A stretch of DNA of 43,515 nt. It comes from Elusimicrobiota bacterium (GTDB lineage Bacteria; Elusimicrobiota; Elusimicrobia; UBA1565; UBA9628). The stretch lies in the NCBI GenBank assembly GCA_027319565.1, contig DAHVNA010000001.1, positions 1 through 43,515 of the forward strand, in the 5' to 3' direction. A program made the position numbers and the translations under genes. The notes below the pieces were generated by a model. The model searched no databases. It was not told the DNA's origin and was given only the letters and a program-made list of their open reading frames with translations. Of this stretch, positions 36,380 to 43,515 are shown piece after piece (within the stretch, counting starts at the first letter, position 1; the number at the start of each line of letters is the position of its first letter).

Positions 36380-37984
36380 TTAAAGCGGGATATTGCGGGA
36401 AACTAAGTGTTGCCCCGGCAAGCGCTTATTTTTCAGGAGCCTAAGCGCGCGAATGATTTTCAGGCGCAAATCGGCGGGTTCGACGACCTCGTCAATGGAA
36501 CCGGAGCCGGCCGCGGGATAGGGAGAGGCGAATTTATCGGAATAATCTTTGATGAGTTTATCGCGCAGAGATTTTTTTTCCTCCGCCGTTTTTGCCGCGG
36601 CAAGCTCTTTTGAGAAAAGAATTTCTATTGCGCCTTGAGGTCCCATAACCGCGATTTCCGCGCAAGGGAAGGCGAAATTAAAATCGCTCTTGAGATATTT
36701 GGAACTCATCGCGATATAGGCCCCCCCGTAGGCTTTTCTTAGTATCACCGATATTTTCGGAACCGTCGCTTCGCTATAGGCGTGGAGAATTTTCGCGCCG
36801 TGCCTGATGATTCCGCCGTGTTCTTGATCTAACCCCGGCCAGTAGCCAGGAACATCCACCAGGGTCAGAATCGGGATGTTAAAGGAATTGAGAAACCGGA
36901 TAAAATGCGCGGATTTGTCCGAGGCGTTGATGTCCAAGGCTCCGGCGAAATGTCCGGGATTATTGGCGATGACTCCGACTACGTCTCCGCCTAGACGGAT
37001 AAATCCGGTGACGACGTTGCGGGCGTAGGATTCCTGAACTTCGAAAAACTTGTGCTCATCGGCGATCTGCCAAAGAACATGGTGGACCCGGTAGGGCTTT
37101 TTAGGATCGAGATTGCAAAGAGTTTCCAGTAGCGGCGTTTTTCGCCGAACCGGATCGGGGTTGGCGATTCGAGGCGGCCTTTCCCAGCGGCTTTGCGGGA
37201 GATAAGACAAAAGCTCGCGAACCTGCCTGAAACAATCGGGCTCTGATTTCGCGACAAAATGACAAACCCCGGATTTCGAGGCATGAACTGCGCTTCCCCC
37301 CAAGGCTTCAAATGAAATCTCTTCTCCGGTCGCGGCCTTGACGACATCGGGCCCGGTGACAAACATATGACTGATTCCCTCGACCATGAAAACAAAATCA
37401 GTCAAGGCTGGAGAGTAGACGGCCCCGCCGGCGCAGGGTCCGAGGATGACGGAAATTTGGGGGATGACCCCCGAGGCCATGGTGTTGCGGTAAAAAATTT
37501 GAGCATAACCGTCTAGGGAGTCGACGCCCTCCTGGATCCGAGCGCCTCCGGAATCCAAAATTCCGATGACGGGAACCCGACTCGACATGGCCAAATCCAT
37601 GATTTTCGTGATTTTCGCCGCATGGGCCAATCCCAAGGAGCCGCCGAGAACGGTAAAATCTTGCGAGTAAACGGCGACTTCCCTTCCGCCGATAGATCCA
37701 AATCCAGTGATGACTCCATCGGCCGGAATGTCTTTGTCTTTAAGCCCAAAATCGGTGGCGCGGGTTCGAACGAGTAAATCGGTTTCCTGAAAGCTGCCTT
37801 CATCCAAGAGATAGTGAATGCGCTCTCTGGCGGTGAATTTCCCGCGGGTTTTTTGCGCTTTAACGCGCTCGGGGCCTCCGCCCTCTTCCGCTTTTTGAAC
37901 CAAGGATTTCAGTCTTGATAGCGCTTTGGGAGTTTGGCGCGGCTTTTGACCCTCTTCTAGCGGGAAATCAGTTTGTTGGCTCAT
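36380..37984 (-). CDS. pccB: Acyl-CoA carboxylase carboxyltransferase subunit (PccB-like)
   Basis: TARERI, QDFTVLGGSLG, DSGGARIQEG, GPCAGGAVYSPA, RKAYGGAY. Confidence 0.85.
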   Translation of the reverse strand: MSQQTDFPLEEGQKPRQTPKALSRLKSLVQKAEEGGGPERVKAQKTRGKFTARERIHYLLDEGSFQETDLLVRTRATDFGLKDKDIPADGVITGFGSIGGREVAVYSQDFTVLGGSLGLAHAAKITKIMDLAMSSRVPVIGILDSGGARIQEGVDSLDGYAQIFYRNTMASGVIPQISVILGPCAGGAVYSPALTDFVFMVEGISHMFVTGPDVVKAATGEEISFEALGGSAVHASKSGVCHFVAKSEPDCFRQVRELLSYLPQSRWERPPRIANPDPVRRKTPLLETLCNLDPKKPYRVHHVLWQIADEHKFFEVQESYARNVVTGFIRLGGDVVGVIANNPGHFAGALDINASDKSAHFIRFLNSFNIPILTLVDVPGYWPGLDQEHGGIIRHGAKILHAYSEATVPKISVILRKAYGGAYIAMSSKYLKSDFNFAFPCAEIAVMGPQGAIEILFSKELAAAKTAEEKKSLRDKLIKDYSDKFASPYPAAGSGSIDEVVEPADLRLKIIRALRLLKNKRLPGQHLVSRNIPL

Positions 37985-37991
37985 AAGGATT

Positions 37992-37997
37992 ATTATA
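37992..37997 (-). promoter_or_regulatory. -10 TATAAT, leaderless
   Basis: TATAAT 7 nt before ATG 37984, no SD. Confidence 0.6.
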
Positions 37998-38006
37998 ACT
38001 AAGAGC

Positions 38007-39116
38007 TTAGGCCTCTAGAAAAATATTTTCGTAGGATTCAATCATCTTGGTTAAGGGAAATCTATTTAAAACGGATTCATGAGCGTTTTTGAGTAAGACC
38101 GCTTTTGAATCCTTGGGAAAATCGATGAGTCGGGCAATAGCGCCAGCCAATGCCTTCGGATTTTGCGGGGGAACTAAAAAGCCGTTGAATCCCTCTTTTA
38201 TGATTTCCGGAACTCCGTCTACGGCGGTCGCGATGACGGGGGTTTGGGCCTGCATCGCTTCCAAGATGACCGAAGGAAAGCCTTCCCAGTCCGAGGAAAG
38301 AATAAAGGCGTCAAGGGCGGGGAAAAACGACGAAGCGTCTTCTTTTTCTCCCGCTAAAATGACCGTATCTTCAAGCCCCAAGGTTTTAATCTGAAGCTCA
38401 AGGGCGCCGCGCTCGGGGCCGTCTCCAAAAATAACGCATTGAAGGTTCTTGGGAGATTGAATTAGATTCACCGCGTCAATTAAAGCGGCATGATTTTTCT
38501 GTTTATGGAGGCGTCCGGCGGTCCCGATGAGAAAAGAATTTTCCTTGATCTTAAGTTTTTTCCGAAGAGTCGTTTTTTCCTCTTGATTCAAATTGTGTTC
38601 AGTGTTTGCAATTCCGTTATAAATGACCTTGACTTTCTCGGGCATATAACCTTGATTTTGAATCAAAAAAGAGCGGCTGGCCTCGCATTCGGCAACGCTC
38701 AGATTATCTTGAGATTTGAGGGCCCGGTCCAGTAGCAGTGTTAAAAAAGAACGTGTGCGGGGGTTGACGCGGTGAGAGGAGATGAGTTTAAAAGAAACGG
38801 GAGATGAGATTTTAACGAAGCGGCATAACTCAACGGCCTGGTACATAAAGGCCAAGACAATATCGGGGCGTTTATTTTTTAGAACGCTTCTTAAAGTGGA
38901 AATAGCCGGAAAAAATCCCCGGCGTTCTGTCTCAAAACTCGAAACCTCTAGGCCTTCTTTTCTTAGAAGATCTCCGTAGACGCCGAGAGATTTAAGGCTG
39001 ATAAAGCCCGAGATCTCAAACTTTTCTCGGCTGATATTTTTCGCTAGAGTGTAGAGTATTTTCTCCGCGCCGCCCCGTGTGCTTGAGGTCGAGACCAAAA
39101 GGATGCGCTTAGGCAT
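38007..39116 (-). CDS. Glycosyltransferase family 4
   Basis: GGAEK, GRLHKQKN, EGFPSVILEAM. Confidence 0.9.
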   Translation of the reverse strand: MPKRILLVSTSSTRGGAEKILYTLAKNISREKFEISGFISLKSLGVYGDLLRKEGLEVSSFETERRGFFPAISTLRSVLKNKRPDIVLAFMYQAVELCRFVKISSPVSFKLISSHRVNPRTRSFLTLLLDRALKSQDNLSVAECEASRSFLIQNQGYMPEKVKVIYNGIANTEHNLNQEEKTTLRKKLKIKENSFLIGTAGRLHKQKNHAALIDAVNLIQSPKNLQCVIFGDGPERGALELQIKTLGLEDTVILAGEKEDASSFFPALDAFILSSDWEGFPSVILEAMQAQTPVIATAVDGVPEIIKEGFNGFLVPPQNPKALAGAIARLIDFPKDSKAVLLKNAHESVLNRFPLTKMIESYENIFLEA

Positions 39117-40228
39117 CAGCCTTTAAAAAAAGAAATCACCGCTTTGGCCACTTGCGACATCTCGGATTTGGAAAGAAACGGATGCATCGGAAGAGCCAAA
39201 ACCGTTTGAGAGGCTTTTTCGGCGACGGGAAACGCTTCCGGCTTGAGATTGAGGTATTGATAGCACTTTTGTCGGTGGAGCGGTAGCGGATAATAGACTC
39301 CGCAAGAAACGCCAGATGCCTTAAGATGGTTTGAGAGTTCATCTCTTTTTTCCGAGCGAATGACGTAGAGGTGAAACACCGATTGCGTCTGTCCATCTCC
39401 GATTGGAGGCAAGATCAAGGGAAGTTTCGAGAATTTTTTCTCGTAATACCTGGCGACGGCGACGCGTTTTTCGGTCCTTTCTTTAAGCCCCTTTAATTTG
39501 ACGCGCAACAGGGCCGCCTGGATTTCCGCCATGCGGCTGTTTCCAGCAATTCGGGCGTATTCATAGGTCGGTCCGGACAGGCCTCGTCCGGCGTTTCTGA
39601 TTTCTAAACAGGCGTTGGCCAAATTTGAGTCGTTGGTGGAGACGGCTCCGGCGTCTCCAAAAGCCCCGAGATTTTTTGAGGGATAAAAACTGAAGGCCGC
39701 GATATGGCCAAAGGAACCGACGGGCTTGCCTTGCCATTGGGCTAGGTGGGCCTGCGCGCAGTCTTCGATGACGTAGAGGTTTTTCTTGGCCGCCAGATCC
39801 ATGATTTCGCTCATGTTGGCGGGAGTCCCGTATAAATGGACGGGAATAATGGCCTTGGTCTTGGGAGTTAAAACGGCTTCAATCTGCTTCACTCCGATGT
39901 TGAGGGTTGAATCTTCAACATCACAGAAAATAGGAGTCGCTCCGACAGAGGAAACGGCCGCGGCTGTCGCGACAAAGGTAAAGGTCGGGACAATGACCTC
40001 GTCTCCGGGCCCAATTTCCAGAGCTTTTAAGGCTACTTCTAATGCGTCGGTGCCGGAAGATAAGCTGATGGCGTGTTTAGCCTGCACCGCTGACGCAAAT
40101 TCTGTTTCAAAGGCGCTGGTTTGGGGCCCAAGGATGTAGTGGCCCGAGTCAAGAACCTCGAGCGCGGCTTTTCTTAATTCTTTGCGAAGTTTTTTATATT
40201 CTGCGGTCACGCCGAAAATGGGAATCAC
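39116..40228 (-). CDS. DegT/DnrJ/EryC1/StrS family sugar aminotransferase
   Basis: SGTDAL, VHLYG, EDCAQA, FSFYPSKNLGAFGDAG. Confidence 0.93.
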   Translation of the reverse strand: MIPIFGVTAEYKKLRKELRKAALEVLDSGHYILGPQTSAFETEFASAVQAKHAISLSSGTDALEVALKALEIGPGDEVIVPTFTFVATAAAVSSVGATPIFCDVEDSTLNIGVKQIEAVLTPKTKAIIPVHLYGTPANMSEIMDLAAKKNLYVIEDCAQAHLAQWQGKPVGSFGHIAAFSFYPSKNLGAFGDAGAVSTNDSNLANACLEIRNAGRGLSGPTYEYARIAGNSRMAEIQAALLRVKLKGLKERTEKRVAVARYYEKKFSKLPLILPPIGDGQTQSVFHLYVIRSEKRDELSNHLKASGVSCGVYYPLPLHRQKCYQYLNLKPEAFPVAEKASQTVLALPMHPFLSKSEMSQVAKAVISFFKG

Positions 40229-40297
40229 GGGAAATCTCCTTTTTGAAATCGGCGTTTAGCCTAAGCCAAAGCCTTAGATTAAGCGCGTCTAAGATTC

Positions 40298-40306
40298 ATT
40301 ATAACA
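40298..40306 (-). promoter_or_regulatory. Extended -10 promoter for the DegT-GT4 operon
   Basis: TGtTATAAT, then a ~60-nt leader with an AAGGAG RBS. Confidence 0.55.
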
Positions 40307-40324
40307 TCTTGGACTGCCTGGCTT

Positions 40325-43015
40325 TTAGTCCGTGGTCTGTAAGACAAGATAGCGCGCGGCGGCCAGGCTCCATCTTCGGATGAGCTTGTTTTCCACGAGT
40401 TTATGGTTGAGATACAATCGCGTTTGATTTCTTTGCCCGCCTTTTCTCTTGGCGCTGAGCACAAATTCCACGGCGAGGTGCTTGGGTTTAATGAGGCGAA
40501 CGAGAACCTTCATCAGGTCTCCATAGGATAGGCCGTTTTTGTTTTCTCCAGAGATAAAATTGCGGATGTTTTGCGCTTGTCGATCGAGATTGAGTTTTGA
40601 TTTCTTGTGGGGATTTCCCAAATAAGGCAATTCATCGGCCAATTTTCGCATTTGCTCGAATTGATCTCTCACGGCGTGAAGATAGGATATGCGCCGAGTC
40701 TTTTCGGGGCTCGGCTTTCCGGGAGGATAGAGATCGCGGATTTCCCTGTTAAGGAGAGCTTCGGGCGTGAGGCCTTTTTTTGCGGCTCTGGCGGCGATGG
40801 ACAGAAGTTCTTGGCGATTGTCTTGGGCGTTTAAATACGAGGTAAAAACCAGACTCCGGGGAGCGCTTTTGATGTCTGAAATCGCGTTGCGGTCTAAAAC
40901 GACAGTCATGGCCGAAGAGCCGCCTTTATAAGCGTCTTTATCCCCTTTGGGAATCAATCCATTAAGCGGAAGCGCTAGTTTTTTCTCGCCGTAACTAGGG
41001 AAAAAAGAGCGAGCCAGTTTCGTTAAATGTTCCGGGGCTTTACTGTCTCTGGTTAAGCCCGAGTTTTGGGTATAGAGGATGACTGGAGAGGATGCGCGGC
41101 CTTTCTTGTCGTAGTAAAGAAAAGTGGAAACGCCCTCTTGGGAATCCTGCTCGAAGAGCGCTCCGAAATAAGGAAGACTTAATTCTCCGTTTTGATTTCC
41201 GTGCGAGGCGTCAAAAGCCTTAAACGTTCCACTGACTTTGAATGTCCCTCCGTTCGGATCGAAGATTTTCATTTGCTGATGGTCATGCGATGATTGGGCG
41301 GAGAAATTAAAAACGATGGGGATCGTGAAATTAATTGAACGGCTGATACCCACGCTTTCTTGGGTCCCCAGGAAGTTAACCGGGCTCTCAAGCTTCTTTG
41401 AGTTAGCAAGAGCGTTTTTAATGACGGATTTTTCCGTCAGCTTAAATGAGTTTTTTGCGGATTCCGTGTACATCTTCATGAGGGTTGAAAGCGTGCCTAA
41501 TTTTCCCCCGGTCGCGAGTTTTTGAAGCTCCAGCATTTGCTTGGGGTTCTCGGGATTAAGAATGAATTCAATCAGGGCTTGGTTCTCTCCGCTCCAGGAG
41601 ATGGAAACTCCAAGTTTAGTCGTGGTGTAACTAATGAGTTGGGTAATCCAAAGCTGGCTGAGGCCTTGCCCAACATTCCTTCCTCCGAGAGAATCTCCGA
41701 CCACCGGAACCTCTTGCGAGAATATGGCCGACAGCATCGGGCCGGCCATGCTTAATAGGGTTTGCCCCGAGGCGTTGAGGAGTTTGGCGTGGTTAAACCT
41801 TAGCCGAACTCGCAGATGGGTCTTGTCCAGGCGTCTTAAAGTCAGCCCGTAGCCTCCAGTTTGAGAATAGAGAAGATTAAGGCCCACGATCGCGGGGCCA
41901 AAAATGGGAGTGAGGCCTGGTCCCGCCGCGATTTGAATTTGAACGGGGAGTTTCCAGATTTCGCCAATTTCCATCTTCTCGATGCGTTTGGCTTTGAGCG
42001 GGAAAACGGTTTTGGCGTCAAAAGGGTTGAAGATGCGCAGTAGGCTGTTGCAGGCGCTGGCTTGGTTTAGCGGTAGAGGGCGAATGATGGTGGTATTAAG
42101 GCTCGTGTTCATTCCCAGGGTCAGGGTCAGTGGCGCTCCGCTAATCGTTGTGGGGACAAAGCCGTAGTGATATTCAGGCGAAGGCGTATAGGAATCTAAC
42201 ACCGCCAAGCGTCCGTTGGCATAAGGAAGAGCCAAGATGGCGCGGTGAATGGATCCGGATATCCCAAGATCGCCAACCCAGTAGGCCCCGGCTCCGTGGA
42301 GATCGAGTTTGCGGCAGGCCTTGCTAGTGTCTCCCACCTGATTATCCTGATTCATCAGCTGATCATTAAAAGTGATTTCGCTTTCATAGCTGGGGTCGTC
42401 TTCTGGGCTGATGTCGCCGTTGGCCGATTTTTCCCAATCGCTTCCTGGGATGGGAATAAAGCGCGGCGGCTTGGGGGCTGATTTTTTGGGCTGAGTGGGC
42501 TTTTGGGGCGGCGTTTGAGAACCGGGTTGAGGGGGTGTCGCGGTTGCGGTCAAAACAGGAGAGGGGTTTTGTTCGTTGTTGATTTCAAAAGACAGGGTTT
42601 GAAGATTCCCGGGCTTTGGCGTAGAATTTAAGCTCTGTGATTGCCTCTGGGCATTTCCCATATCGGCGGAATTTTTTGGGGAGAGAGAACTGGGGTTTGA
42701 GTTTTCTTCAAAAGCCGTTTGGGCGGTTGATAAAATACTACGGATGCGGACCTGGGTCTGGGCGAGAGACTGTTGGGATGAACGCTTTTCTGAAAACCTG
42801 ATTCCGCGCTTGCGTTTTTGCGGACAAATTCCATTGAGAACTTTATTTTGGTTTTTCACCGAAAGAGACAAGAACTCTTCAACTGAAAGGTGGCATTCTT
42901 TTGCGGCTTTCGCGATCGCTTTTGGTGAGGTGTTTTGCGCGGCCGCTGGAAAGGCCCATAGGATTATGCCGATCGCGGGCGCTAGTAACGCGGAAAAGCG
43001 CTTAGATTGATTCAA
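40325..43015 (-). CDS. Large secreted hypothetical protein
   Basis: 896 aa. Signal peptide ending AAA, Cys pair, S/P/Q/T-rich linker, ~650-aa beta-rich domain. Confidence 0.8.
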   Translation of the reverse strand: MNQSKRFSALLAPAIGIILWAFPAAAQNTSPKAIAKAAKECHLSVEEFLSLSVKNQNKVLNGICPQKRKRGIRFSEKRSSQQSLAQTQVRIRSILSTAQTAFEENSNPSSLSPKNSADMGNAQRQSQSLNSTPKPGNLQTLSFEINNEQNPSPVLTATATPPQPGSQTPPQKPTQPKKSAPKPPRFIPIPGSDWEKSANGDISPEDDPSYESEITFNDQLMNQDNQVGDTSKACRKLDLHGAGAYWVGDLGISGSIHRAILALPYANGRLAVLDSYTPSPEYHYGFVPTTISGAPLTLTLGMNTSLNTTIIRPLPLNQASACNSLLRIFNPFDAKTVFPLKAKRIEKMEIGEIWKLPVQIQIAAGPGLTPIFGPAIVGLNLLYSQTGGYGLTLRRLDKTHLRVRLRFNHAKLLNASGQTLLSMAGPMLSAIFSQEVPVVGDSLGGRNVGQGLSQLWITQLISYTTTKLGVSISWSGENQALIEFILNPENPKQMLELQKLATGGKLGTLSTLMKMYTESAKNSFKLTEKSVIKNALANSKKLESPVNFLGTQESVGISRSINFTIPIVFNFSAQSSHDHQQMKIFDPNGGTFKVSGTFKAFDASHGNQNGELSLPYFGALFEQDSQEGVSTFLYYDKKGRASSPVILYTQNSGLTRDSKAPEHLTKLARSFFPSYGEKKLALPLNGLIPKGDKDAYKGGSSAMTVVLDRNAISDIKSAPRSLVFTSYLNAQDNRQELLSIAARAAKKGLTPEALLNREIRDLYPPGKPSPEKTRRISYLHAVRDQFEQMRKLADELPYLGNPHKKSKLNLDRQAQNIRNFISGENKNGLSYGDLMKVLVRLIKPKHLAVEFVLSAKRKGGQRNQTRLYLNHKLVENKLIRRWSLAAARYLVLQTTD

Positions 43016-43081
43016 TTTTCCGTTCCCTGGTCGGATTCTTTATATTTGCCTGCTAAGACAGCATGTTTCATGTCTGAGTTT

Positions 43082-43149
43082 AGGATATCATGCGCTAGCG
43101 GTTTGCGCCTGGGTCCAAAGGCCTAGAAAAATTCCAGCAAAGGGCCCAG
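43082..43149 (-). promoter_or_regulatory. Box-associated promoter 4
   Basis: -10 TGaTATCCT (43082-90). Box CTGGGTC-CAAA-GGCCTAG 43109-43126 and second copy TTCCAGC-AAAG-GGCCCAG 43132-43149. Confidence 0.75.
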
Positions 43150-43152
43150 TAG

Positions 43153-43175
43153 TAAACGGGGACTGTCCCTATTTA
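43153..43175. repeat. Imperfect palindrome (REP-like or terminator hairpin)
   Basis: TAAACGGGGAC-T-GTCCCTATTTA, just downstream of the ankyrin gene stop. Confidence 0.45.
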
Positions 43176-43203
43176 TTTAGGAATTAGAGACCGCGCCGCT
43201 AGG

Positions 43204-43515
43204 CTATTGGCAAGTTTTAGTCCAAGACTGAATCTCTTGGGCGATTTTGGGAAATCCGTAGGACTGAGCCATGTTGGCCGCGGTTTGTCCGTCTTTGTTT
43301 TTCGCGCAGAAATTAGCTCCATGAGAGTGGAGCATCTGAACGATGACGCCATTTCCCGTGGCGGCGGCTTCCATTGCGAGGGTCCAACCGGTCGCGCTTT
43401 TGCCGTCAAGCTTGGCTCCGTGTTCCAACATTACTTTGACCATGACGGTATTTTGAAAGCCCACCGCGCACCAGATGACTCCGGCTCCGTGATGTCCGGC
43501 TAAATTGTCATAGAT
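43204..43515 (-). CDS. Ankyrin repeat protein (5' end beyond window edge)
   Basis: GWTLAMEAAATGNGVIVQMLHSHGAN..KNKDGQTAANMA. Frame stays open to 43515. Confidence 0.8.
   Translation of the reverse strand: MYDNLAGHHGAGVIWCAVGFQNTVMVKVMLEHGAKLDGKSATGWTLAMEAAATGNGVIVQMLHSHGANFCAKNKDGQTAANMAQSYGFPKIAQEIQSWTKTCQ

Noticed and set aside
38006..38019. CTTAGGCCTCTAGA half box
   Set aside because: Explained by the GT4 C-terminal codons and stop; wrong spacing to the nearby -10.
40262..40277. TAAGCCAAAGCCTTAG as another regulon box
   Set aside because: Weak match, lies downstream of the -10, and precedes a cytoplasmic enzyme.
1..43515. tRNA, rRNA, riboswitch, IS or integrase
   Set aside because: No cloverleaf, rRNA-like sequence, recognisable aptamer or transposase/recombinase motifs seen; intergenic gaps are short.

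Overview
Gene-dense bacterial window. The gene content and the secreted hypothetical families resemble Elusimicrobiota, but this is an impression and cannot be verified here. Housekeeping and metabolic blocks: nadB-uvrA (uvrA runs off the left edge); a gamma-CA / degenerate histidine kinase / response regulator / EndoIII-like / GT4 operon; a zinc-ribbon-ALDH-paaF-paaG-paaA-like-paaH cluster interrupted by a Type II R-M pair; a peptide uptake cluster (Opp/Dpp A,B,D,F without C, POT transporter, S10 peptidase); a CheY/CheC-like/cNMP-patatin operon; a carboxyltransferase; GT4 and a DegT aminotransferase. Two accessory regions (8.6-15.6 kb and 40.3-43.5 kb) encode signal-peptide proteins with effector-like domains (Cys phosphatase, lethal-factor-like Zn protease plus lipoprotein partner, LURP-one/scramblase, DUF4384, CdiA-type PD-(D/E)xK nuclease, 896-aa unknown). 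The most striking signal is non-coding. An 18-bp quasi-palindrome, CTRGGCC-N4-GGCCYAG, lies exactly 21 bp upstream of a -10 hexamer in four promoters, all driving secreted proteins, with further half-conserved copies at a 23-bp period. This suggests a class-II-activator regulon for a secretome. Six genes also look leaderless (-10 hexamer 6-7 nt before the start codon). No rRNA, tRNA, CRISPR or transposase was seen.
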